Assembly (NCBI GenBank): GCA_028286905.1
Contig: JAQBQP010000003.1
Location: 23,317-87,316 of the forward strand
Direction: 5' to 3'
Origin: Candidatus Doudnabacteria bacterium
GTDB lineage: Bacteria; Patescibacteriota; Doudnabacteria; UBA920; VMFF01
DNA: 64,000 bases
Shown: positions 56,346-64,000 of the stretch, piece by piece
How positions within the stretch are numbered: position 1 is the stretch's first letter
How the letters are laid out: each line of letters begins with the position of its first letter
Program-made: the position numbers and the translations under genes
Notes under the pieces: generated by a model
Seen by the model: only the letters and a program-made list of their open reading frames with translations
Database searches by the model: none
What the model was told of the DNA's origin: nothing

Positions 56346-56909
56346 TTGCAAAAATCAAGAACTAACAATCAAATAAGAGTCCCAGAAGTCAGGGTTATTG
56401 ATGAGACCGGCGCACAGCTTGGAATCATGAAGACCGCTGATGCTTTAGCTCTCGCTCAAGAAAGAGAGCTTGATCTTGTCGAGGTGTCGCCCCAAGCACG
56501 TCCTCCAGTTGTGAAGATTGTTAACTTTGACAAACTTCGTTACCACCAGAAAAAGTTGGAACAACAACAGAAGAAAAAGATCAAGAAAGTTGATGTCAAA
56601 GGAATTCGCCTATCACTGCGTATTTCGGAACATGACTTAAGCATCAAGGCTAAGAAAGCCAATGAGTTTCTAGGCGAAGGGCATAAAGTTAAAGTAGATT
56701 TACTTATGCGCGGTCGCGAACAGGCTCATCCAGAAATGGGATTTGAAGTTGTGAAGAAGTTTTTGACCTTCATCCCCTCTTATATAACGGAATCTCCGCC
56801 AAAGAAACAGGGACCATTTGTATCAACGTTAATTACAAAAGGCGTCGAAGTAAAAGAGCCGAAGCCAGATAACGGCGCAAAAAACAGTGCCACTCCAGAG
56901 AATAAATAA
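56346..56909 (+). CDS. infC: Translation initiation factor IF-3. Track start is TTG; the real start may be an AUU/AUA-type codon just upstream, as is typical for infC.
   Basis: IRVPEVRVIDETGAQLGIM...VKIVNFDKLRY conserved IF3 N- and C-domains. Confidence 0.85.
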   Translation: MQKSRTNNQIRVPEVRVIDETGAQLGIMKTADALALAQERELDLVEVSPQARPPVVKIVNFDKLRYHQKKLEQQQKKKIKKVDVKGIRLSLRISEHDLSIKAKKANEFLGEGHKVKVDLLMRGREQAHPEMGFEVVKKFLTFIPSYITESPPKKQGPFVSTLITKGVEVKEPKPDNGAKNSATPENK

Positions 56910-56948
56910 TTTTAATACTAATCGTTTAAATATAAAGAGCAAGACAAC

Positions 56949-57149
56949 ATGCCAAAAATGAAGACCCACAAAGGAGCCTCCAAGCGTTTCAAGAAAACCG
57001 GCTCCGGCAAAATTGTTTACAGAAAATCAGGACAAGATCACTTCAACGCCCGCGAATCTGGAAACACCACTAAGAACAAGCGCAGAGACGTTTCTTTGAA
57101 AAAGAGCAACCCAAGAATTGCAATTTTGATTGCAAGAGCAGCCCGTTAA
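56949..57149 (+). CDS. rpmI: 50S ribosomal protein L35.
   Basis: [21 protein letters not shown]... Confidence 0.85.
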   Translation: MPKMKTHKGASKRFKKTGSGKIVYRKSGQDHFNARESGNTTKNKRRDVSLKKSNPRIAILIARAAR

Positions 57150-57230
57150 TCTGCCGCCGCGATGTGGTTTTGCATCACTAATGCGGCGTGCTAATCCATT
57201 AATCAAGTATTCAAGAATAACTAATAACCC

Positions 57231-57578
57231 ATGACAAGAATCAAACGCGGAGTTGCCGCATCTAAAAGAAGAAAGAACGTCCTAAAGCGCGCGAAAGGTT
57301 TTGAAAACCGCCGAAGCACAAACTTCGTTGCCGCTCGAGAAGCGTTATTGCACGCTGACAAATACTCCTACCGCGACCGTCGCAACAAGAAACGCGATAT
57401 GCGCGCAGTATGGTTGATCCGCTTGAACGCAGCTTTGCGCGAAAACGGCACAACATACAGCAAGTTCGCTGGCATATTGAAAAAATCCGGAGTTGGACTG
57501 AACCGCAAGGTTCTATCAGAACTAGCGATCGTTGCACCGGACACGTTCGACGCATTAGTCAAAGAGTTGAGCGTTTAA
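57231..57578 (+). CDS. rplT: 50S ribosomal protein L20.
   Basis: MTRIKRGVAASKRRKNVLKRAKGF... canonical L20. Confidence 0.9.
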   Translation: MTRIKRGVAASKRRKNVLKRAKGFENRRSTNFVAAREALLHADKYSYRDRRNKKRDMRAVWLIRLNAALRENGTTYSKFAGILKKSGVGLNRKVLSELAIVAPDTFDALVKELSV

Positions 57579-57580
57579 GG

Positions 57581-57652
57581 TTCAACCTAAGCATCAACCC
57601 TTATCGACAACCCTGTGGCGCAGGCCTAAGGGAGAATGTGAATAACTTTATC
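57581..57652. repeat. REP-like repeat, orientation A (5' flank of RAYT; immediately after rplT stop).
   Basis: Reverse-complement of 58355-58432 matches at most positions (ggttcaacctaag.atcaaccctta...ggcgcaggcctaaggga). Confidence 0.7.
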
Positions 57653-57654
57653 TT

Positions 57655-57681
57655 GAAACCCCACTTACGTGGGGTTTTTTA
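57655..57681 (+). terminator. Terminator of the infC-rpmI-rplT operon (aaccccac-ttac-gtggggtt + T6), just after the REP copy.
   Basis: Seen directly. Confidence 0.8.
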
Positions 57682-57736
57682 ATTATTATTTAATTTTCAT
57701 ACTGTATGATTTAGAAAATTAAAAGAAAGGGAAACT

Positions 57737-58339
57737 ATGAATAGGACTAGGGTCAGTGCGCCGGACACGATTTATCATGTATACAATCGTGGTAACAAAA
57801 AAGACATTCTGTATTATGACAACCAAGATTTTAAATATTTTTTAGACGCTCTTGTAAAATACGCCGAGGAAACAGGGTTCACAATTTATTGTTACTGCTT
57901 AATGACTAATCATTTCCATTTTTGTTGCAAACAAAATACTGAAACATCATTAGCAAAGCTAATGTTAAAACTAAATACCAGTTATGCGATGTACTTCAAT
58001 CAGAAATACAAACAAGTTGGACACATTTTTCAAGGCAGGTTCAAAGCAAAAGTTGTCGACAGCGATGCTTACCTCGCCTACCTTTCAATGTACATCCACG
58101 CCAATCCGGTTGATCTGGGAGTCACAACGCTACACGAATATAAATATTCTTCTTACAACGAATACTACGACTGCGAAGAACGAATCTGCGATCACAAACC
58201 GGTTTTAGCGCAATTCAACGATTCATATTTAGAATACTTTGTTTATGGACATAAATTTAAAGAAGACAGATTAAATCATCTCTCTTACAAAAACGGTACT
58301 GAAAATTCTCCTTTTGAAAAACCCTCTGACCAAACTTAG
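57737..58339 (+). mobile_element. IS200/IS605-like Y1 (HUH) transposase of the REP-associated tyrosine transposase (RAYT / TnpA_REP) type, flanked by inverted REP-like repeats.
   Basis: HUH motif (HFHF) and a catalytic-Tyr region; ~70-bp inverted repeats at 57581-57652 and 58355-58432. Confidence 0.65.
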
Positions 58340-58354
58340 TCAGAGGGTTTTCTC

Positions 58355-58432
58355 TTATCCACTTTATCCCTTAGGCCTGCGCCATAGGGGTGAGGTTAAG
58401 GGTTGATACTTAGGTTGAACCTCGTTGGGAGG
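58355..58432. repeat. REP-like repeat, orientation B (3' flank of RAYT).
   Basis: Inverted partner of 57581-57652; also co-linear with 20956-21024. Confidence 0.7.
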
Positions 58433-58433
58433 G

Positions 58434-59045
58434 TTACTTTGCTGGGGTTACCGGTGGAGTTGTTACTGGAGTGTTGGTAGCAGGAGCAACTGGCGCGCCG
58501 TTTGGATTTTTCTTGTAAGCGTCGATTGCTTGAGAAACTTTTCCATCAGCCTTTAAATCTTCAAAGAACAAGATTTGAGTACGGTTGATTTGCATTGAAT
58601 CAACAGGACCATGCAATTCGTTACCAAGTTTTACTAAAGATAATTGAGGCTGTTGGTCAGCAGTCGCAGCTGTTTGAGCAGCAGTTGTGCCAGCAGATTG
58701 CAAAGCTTGATTTACTTGTAAGTAATAAATATCTTTAAGTGTTACGTAGTCACTGCTTGGATTGCTAATTTTACCGAAGTAAACTTGTCCGTTTGTTAAG
58801 AATACCGCTTGGTAGCCGGAAAGCTTATCTGCTGTAGCAGTGCCATTACCGCTTAATTTATCTCTGAATAAGAAACCTAGAACTCCTAACACTACCAGTA
58901 CTACAACGGCTAGGATAATCCATGGCACCTTCGAACCAGATCGAGCTGGTCCGGTTGATTGCGGAATTGGGTGATGCATTGGTTGGTGCATAGGTTGCTG
59001 AGCAGGCTGTTGACCTGATTGAACATTGATTGGTTGATTTGCCAT
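58434..59045 (-). CDS. Membrane-anchored hypothetical protein with a Gln/Pro/His-rich N-terminus.
   Basis: ORF; single TM. Confidence 0.45.
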   Translation of the reverse strand: MANQPINVQSGQQPAQQPMHQPMHHPIPQSTGPARSGSKVPWIILAVVVLVVLGVLGFLFRDKLSGNGTATADKLSGYQAVFLTNGQVYFGKISNPSSDYVTLKDIYYLQVNQALQSAGTTAAQTAATADQQPQLSLVKLGNELHGPVDSMQINRTQILFFEDLKADGKVSQAIDAYKKNPNGAPVAPATNTPVTTPPVTPAK

Positions 59046-59192
59046 ATTTTTTATATTTGAAAATTATTAATTTAATTGATCCTGCAAACTTATATCACGA
59101 CTGCAACGATAGAGTCCAACATCTTACAGCATTAAACTACATTCGGTGCACCGCGCGCGGCCTGCGTAAAAGCACGCCGGAAGCACGCCAAC

Positions 59193-59996
59193 CTAACAGC
59201 GCAAAATTTCAAACGCATTAAAAGAAACAGCTGGCATTTTATTTATATATAGAGCGACGTCCCCTGTACTAAGACGCACACCGACACTAACCGATTCTTT
59301 TTGATCAGAGAAGTTTTGTCCCCCGCTGACAACTCCAGTTGTAGATTCCGCTTGCCCTCTACCAGCTGCAAAAGAATAAGCAATAATTTTTTGCGCCTTT
59401 TGTACAATCAAAATTTGCGCAGCATAAGTATTTGGGTGCTCTTTGACACTAACCGCACTTTGAGAATGCAGCACACCTACAGAAAGTTCAATACAGTTTT
59501 GACTCAGATTAGGGTCTAAATGATAGGCTTGTTGGGTTAAAATATTTTGAGGATTTCCAGATGCAAGGTCTACAGCGTTTTGCAATTTTACATTTGTCAG
59601 AGCCGCTTTCATAGATCCGGTGTTGCCAACTGCAGTTGTAGATTTTAAAGTTGTACCGTTATTAGCACTATCGCTTTCATCAATTGCACTGCCATCGTTC
59701 TCTCGGGCGCTAATGCTAGTTCCAACCGCACATCCACCATAAGAAATTATTCCACTAACGTCTTTTGTTTCGATTGGGGCAGTTAAAGAAATATCAAAAC
59801 TTGTCGCTAATTGCGACGAAGATAGCTGCTCGGACGTCGCTTGGATACCACCATTTTCTGAACCAGTTCCAGCAGCTAAGCCACCGGCATTACCGCCTAA
59901 AAAAGCATCGGCGCGTAAGCCATAACCAAAGATCGTGGCAAGCACTAATAAGTTGATGAATACCCTTTTAAATTGAGGCTTTTGTTTGATTATCAT
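59193..59996 (-). CDS. Membrane-anchored secreted hypothetical protein. Track start is 60080; the MIIKQKPQF Met at 59996 is more likely, given the terminator at 60081-60117.
   Basis: TM helix after MIIKQK; the upstream extension overlaps the terminator of the preceding gene. Confidence 0.45.
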   Translation of the reverse strand: MIIKQKPQFKRVFINLLVLATIFGYGLRADAFLGGNAGGLAAGTGSENGGIQATSEQLSSSQLATSFDISLTAPIETKDVSGIISYGGCAVGTSISARENDGSAIDESDSANNGTTLKSTTAVGNTGSMKAALTNVKLQNAVDLASGNPQNILTQQAYHLDPNLSQNCIELSVGVLHSQSAVSVKEHPNTYAAQILIVQKAQKIIAYSFAAGRGQAESTTGVVSGGQNFSDQKESVSVGVRLSTGDVALYINKMPAVSFNAFEILRC

Positions 59997-60080
59997 GCGG
60001 TCTTTATATGCCTGTATTATAGCATAAAATAAAGCGCTAACGGGGATAACTTTTTGTCGTGAATATAAAATAAGGCGCAT

Positions 60081-60117
60081 AAAAAAAGAAAATAAAACTG
60101 CCTTTTAAGCAGTTTTA
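60081..60117 (-). terminator. Terminator of the giant surface protein gene.
   Basis: aaaactgc...gcagtttt stem followed by a long T-run on the minus strand. Confidence 0.65.
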
Positions 60118-60190
60118 TTTGTTAGGATTCGAATTACGCAAAAGAGCCTAAATGCAAATTTTACGTTATAAGATTATATCGATCTAAGGG

Positions 60191-63100
60191 CTAAGGAGCA
60201 GCTCCAATTCCACCGCCATTTCCACCGCCATTAACTGGCGTGCCGCCACCGCTTCCGCCGCTTCCGCCGGTGCCAGCATTTCCACCGCCATTAACTGGCG
60301 TGCCGCCACCCGTGCCGCCATCGAGCGCAGAACTGCTAGAGCCGCCGCCAATTATATAAAACGCCCAACAAGGTCCATTGTTTCCGCTGTTCACAATTGT
60401 ATAATTGACTCCCGGATTACTTCCACCGGAACAAGTCGAGTCCATAACAATTAAATAATTTACAATGATACTGCCGTTAAAAGTTGCGGTCCATTGGCTG
60501 CCGCCCGTTGTGGATTTCAATTTAATCGGCGCGCCTGCCACTCCTTGGACCCCAAACGTTCCTGCAAAAGTATAAGTGCCGCCTGCTTTGAATTGTAAGA
60601 TTGCACCGGGCGAGGCTGAGGTACCAGTAAAATTATTAAAGACAATATTGTTTGCACCTTTTACATTCGCAGTTACCCCTCCGGCAAAATTCATTGTTAC
60701 AGTCCCAGAGTTATGGGTGAATGTTCCATCGTTGGTTAAATCGCCGCCGATTACCAAAGCATTAGGCGCTGTTAAAGTTCCAGTGCTAGCAATATTTACG
60801 CCGTTAGTCGTAGTGGTCGTATCCGCTGCTCCAGTGTAAGTGCCTTTGATTAAAATATTATCGACATTAACATTTCCCCCGGGAACAAAGGTTTTACTTG
60901 CATCAACAAACAATTCTGTACCGCTATCGCCAACTATGTTTGTGCCATTGGAGTCTACCGGAATATCTGTATCCTGGGTTTTGTCATAAGTATTTATATC
61001 CGAATTAGTCACGGAAGATCCTGTTTCATATCTCAACCAGATGACATTTTTAGTCGGCATCAAACTAGTAATATTAGTAGAGCTATTTACTGCTCTGGTG
61101 TAGAGCACCCCTTTATTGCCGCCATTTGTATCTAGATAAACCACAACGATGTTATTCGTTGCTGCAGTTTTGTTAATAGTAAAGGCGCCGGTACTGGCGT
61201 TACAGGAAACGCGCGATTTAGCTGCGCCGTTCACAGCAATAGAAATATTTTTAGTTGTACCGTCGCATCCCGTCCAAACAGTTGGACTGACTAATTGATC
61301 TTGATATACATTTCCGGAAATTATAATCGTCGAAGGGAAAACCCAGCAAGCAGCATTGTTGCTAATATTAATTGAAGTATCATCCAAAGTTAGATTAGAT
61401 GTACCAGTGTCGCATCCAGAGTCTTGGATATTTGCATAGGTTACGGAAGACTGTGCCGAATTAAAATGCGGCAGCCATTGCGAACCATTTGTGTCAGATT
61501 GAATAGTAATTAAACTCGTTGGCGTACCTGTGATTAAAAAGGTTCCTGCAAGGGTAAAGACCGGCGCACCGGTCGTAGCTTTTTTAAACTTTATGGTTTT
61601 GCCCGCAGTGGTTGAAGTTATGTTATTAAAAGTTGTGCCGCTAGAAATAGTAACCGCGCTGGTTTGAGTGTTGTCATTAAAAACAACGGTTCCCGAGTTA
61701 TGCGTAAAGCTCCCGCTATTATCAAAGTTCCGTCCAATCGTCAGCGTTCCCGAGGTCGAAGTAAAAGCAGCGTTTGCCGCAATACTGAAATCAACCCCAA
61801 CACTAATAGTTGGGTTGTAAGTAGCCGCAGTGGTTGTTAAAGCGTTGGTACCATTCCCCACAACCAAGTTATTCGTCACTGCCAAAACCTGTGAGACTGC
61901 TGTGCCCAGAGTATAAGTAACCGTTCCCGCTGGGACTAATGATAAATTATAGAAGGTAATGTTGCCGGAGGTAAAATTAGATATTTCAGTTGCCGAGCTG
62001 CCGGTATAAGCTACAGTTCCGGTGGACTGGGTAAAAGTCCCATTATTTATTAGCGGCCTGGAGGCGCCGGTCCCCGATCCGGTTATAGTTAACTTGTTTG
62101 AACCATTCGCAGAAAAAGTTTGCGAGGAGTTAATTAGCAAAGTAGTTACCAATACATCTGAACCTAAATTAACAGTAGTGTTAGTGCCATTTACCGCAAT
62201 CGTAATATTTCCCAAATTTTGTTTGGTGGTTGTATTATCAGTCACTGTTTGTGTGCCGCCCTTCATTAATGTAACTGTGGCAGTCGGACTAAGAAATATT
62301 GCATTGGCATTAATAACCCAATTTCCACCTAGGTTAATCACGTTGCCATAACCGGTAGCCGCACTATCATCTAGTGTTAAAGCATTTGTAGCATCCCCGA
62401 TTGTAAAATTACCATTTACTGTAAAGGTTTGAGAGGTAGCTGTACCAAGTTTATAAGTTACCGTTGCGGCAGGATCTATTATTAAATTGTTGTAGGTGAC
62501 ATTACCTGAAGTAACACTTGCAACCTCCGTTGTTGAAGTGCCAATGAACTCTACAGTTCCGGTTGACTGAGTAAAGGTCCCGCTGTTAAGCAGTGGCCTA
62601 GCAGCCGCAACACCAGATCCGGTAATAGTTAAAGTATTTGAGCCATTAGCTGTGAAAGTTTGCGAAGCATTTATTGTTAAAGATGTAAGTTTTACCGAAG
62701 AAGCTAAGCTTAAAGTAGTATTAGTTCCGTTAACAGCAACGACTACTGCGCCAACATCCTGCTTCGCTGTAGCGTTGTCTGTTAAAGTTTGGGTGCCGCC
62801 TCTTTTGAAAGTGGTTACGCCAGTACCTTTTATATAAAGCGCATTAGCGTTAATAGTAACGTTGCCGAGGTAATTAATAGTTGAGTTATAGGTGCTGTGC
62901 GAGAATTGAACAGCATTGGTGCTATCTCCAATAACTAAATTACCATTAACCGTTAAAGTTTGTGAAGCAGCCGTGCCGCCGCGAAAGTTTGGAGTACATC
63001 CGCAACCGCCCGGGGATTCTATCGTTAAATTGTTGTAGGTGACATTGTCCGAAGTAACATTTGCAATTTCGGTGTTGCCATTGATAGCGTTTTTATAATC

Positions 63101-64000
63101 AATCGTTCCACTTGATTGGATAACTATACCATTGTTAATTAAAGGTCTAGCGGCTCCGGTGCCAGAACCAGTTATCGTAATTACTGTCGAGCCGTTAAAA
63201 TCTAATGTTTGAGAAGCATTAATAAGTAAAGATGTTAGTTTTAAGGATGTAAATAAATCAACTGTGGAGGCTGCGCCACCACCGCTTGCCGCAATTACAA
63301 CGGCACCTAAATCTTGTTTTGATGAGGTGTTATCCGAAACCCCTACTGTGTTACCACTGTTCAAAGTTGTAACACCTGAACCCTTGGTGTAGGCAGCCGC
63401 CGAACCAATAGCCAAACTTCCTGCAATATTAATAGTTGGATTATAAGTTGCTGAGGTTAGCGTCAGCGCATTGGTACTATCTCCTATTGTTAGAGTAGCT
63501 GCCGTAAGTGTTTGCGAAGCAGCTGTGCCCAAAGTATACGTAACGGTTGCAGCGGGATCTAAAGTTAAAGCATTGTAAGTGACATTATCCGAAGTAAGAT
63601 CGGAAATTTCTGTTGCCGAAGTTCCCGCATATTCCGTTATCCCAGTAGATTTTGTAAATGTACCGCTGTTAATTAAAGGTCTAGAGGCTCCGGTGCCGGA
63701 ACCAGTTAGTGTTAAAGTATTAGAGCCATTGAAGTCCAAGGTTTGCGAAGCAGCAACATTAATTTTTGTAGCTTTTATAGAAGAGCCCAATTTTAATGTG
63801 CTTGCGGCACCCGTACTTGCTGCAGTAAATGCTGCAATCTCTACCTCCCAAAGATTCGAAGTAGTATATGTCCAGGATGTAGAATACGACCCAGTAGTGG
63901 AACCTACGACCAAATAAGCATATTGATTTACAGCAATGAAAGTAAAGCCGCTTGTTGGGCCTGACGAGAACGCTCCCCCTCGGCGACCCGCAGCAATTAA
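60191..64000 (-). CDS. Giant repetitive beta-rich surface protein (more than 1270 aa in window; N-terminus beyond the window). It has at least 4 tandem ~170-aa T/S/G/N-rich repeats and a Gly-rich C-terminal tail containing a 70-bp direct DNA repeat.
   Basis: Frame stays open upstream of the track's TTG 'start' (63913) to the window end; recurring LTITGSGTGASRPLIN(S/N)GTFTQSTGT...NVTYNNL units. Confidence 0.7.
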   Translation of the reverse strand, partial: LIAAGRRGGAFSSGPTSGFTFIAVNQYAYLVVGSTTGSYSTSWTYTTSNLWEVEIAAFTAASTGAASTLKLGSSIKATKINVAASQTLDFNGSNTLTLTGSGTGASRPLINSGTFTKSTGITEYAGTSATEISDLTSDNVTYNALTLDPAATVTYTLGTAASQTLTAATLTIGDSTNALTLTSATYNPTINIAGSLAIGSAAAYTKGSGVTTLNSGNTVGVSDNTSSKQDLGAVVIAASGGGAASTVDLFTSLKLTSLLINASQTLDFNGSTVITITGSGTGAARPLINNGIVIQSSGTIDYKNAINGNTEIANVTSDNVTYNNLTIESPGGCGCTPNFRGGTAASQTLTVNGNLVIGDSTNAVQFSHSTYNSTINYLGNVTINANALYIKGTGVTTFKRGGTQTLTDNATAKQDVGAVVVAVNGTNTTLSLASSVKLTSLTINASQTFTANGSNTLTITGSGVAAARPLLNSGTFTQSTGTVEFIGTSTTEVASVTSGNVTYNNLIIDPAATVTYKLGTATSQTFTVNGNFTIGDATNALTLDDSAATGYGNVINLGGNWVINANAIFLSPTATVTLMKGGTQTVTDNTTTKQNLGNITIAVNGTNTTVNLGSDVLVTTLLINSSQTFSANGSNKLTITGSGTGASRPLINNGTFTQSTGTVAYTGSSATEISNFTSGNITFYNLSLVPAGTVTYTLGTAVSQVLAVTNNLVVGNGTNALTTTAATYNPTISVGVDFSIAANAAFTSTSGTLTIGRNFDNSGSFTHNSGTVVFNDNTQTSAVTISSGTTFNNITSTTAGKTIKFKKATTGAPVFTLAGTFLITGTPTSLITIQSDTNGSQWLPHFNSAQSSVTYANIQDSGCDTGTSNLTLDDTSINISNNAACWVFPSTIIISGNVYQDQLVSPTVWTGCDGTTKNISIAVNGAAKSRVSCNASTGAFTINKTAATNNIVVVYLDTNGGNKGVLYTRAVNSSTNITSLMPTKNVIWLRYETGSSVTNSDINTYDKTQDTDIPVDSNGTNIVGDSGTELFVDASKTFVPGGNVNVDNILIKGTYTGAADTTTTTNGVNIASTGTLTAPNALVIGGDLTNDGTFTHNSGTVTMNFAGGVTANVKGANNIVFNNFTGTSASPGAILQFKAGGTYTFAGTFGVQGVAGAPIKLKSTTGGSQWTATFNGSIIVNYLIVMDSTCSGGSNPGVNYTIVNSGNNGPCWAFYIIGGGSSSSALDGGTGGGTPVNGGGNAGTGGSGGSGGGTPVNGGGNGGGIGAAP

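Noticed and set aside
60200-60320. Exact ~70-bp direct repeat considered as a possible CRISPR-like or satellite repeat.
   Set aside because: It lies inside the coding frame of the giant surface protein (Gly-rich C-terminus), with only two copies and no spacer-repeat periodicity. No CRISPR array was seen anywhere in the window.

Overview
This is about 64 kb of gene-dense, low-GC (roughly 38–40% by eye) bacterial chromosome. Most genes lie on the minus strand up to about 45 kb; there is no rRNA, tRNA or CRISPR. The backbone carries clear housekeeping genes: rsmA/ksgA, uvrD/pcrA-type helicase, recO, ileS, argS, smpB, a cold-shock protein, and infC-rpmI-rplT. It also carries many secreted and membrane proteins (a type IV pilin, a LysM-CHAP hydrolase, a PLD-like nuclease, and a giant repeat surface protein running off the 3' end). 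These traits are compatible with a small-genome Gram-positive-like or Patescibacteria/CPR-like organism, but I cannot confirm lineage from sequence alone.

Things that stand out, most interesting first:
1. A strongly AT-rich, translationally coupled three-gene operon at 45756–48671: a putative effector, a small ORF, and an SMC/Rad50-like coiled-coil ABC ATPase. It looks like a divergent Lamassu/ABC-3C-type anti-phage defense island, followed by an ~840 bp structured, GC-richer non-coding stretch.
2. A four-gene extracytosolic flavinylation / electron-transfer module at 33118–36503: FMN-binding protein, ApbE flavin transferase, a polytopic membrane FAD/NAD(P) oxidoreductase, and a His-rich PepSY protein.
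3. At least six short high-GC islands (up to ~60% GC), each one or a few genes with its own Shine-Dalgarno and terminator, embedded in the low-GC backbone. They include a PEP-CTERM protein and an EEP-family nuclease/phosphatase, and look like recent horizontal acquisitions.
4. A REP-associated tyrosine transposase (RAYT) flanked by inverted REP-like repeats, with two further REP copies sitting at the start codons of ileS and smpB.
5. A β-glucan (cellulose-like) synthesis and hydrolysis cluster: GH8, a BcsA-like GT2, a GT-C enzyme, and a convergent GH6.
6. A gene frameshifted at a poly-C tract.
7. Tandem C39-like peptidase paralogs.
8. A MarR operator palindrome.
9. A textbook sigma70 promoter upstream of infC.

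All functional calls come from motif-level reading of the translations and have not been checked by database search.
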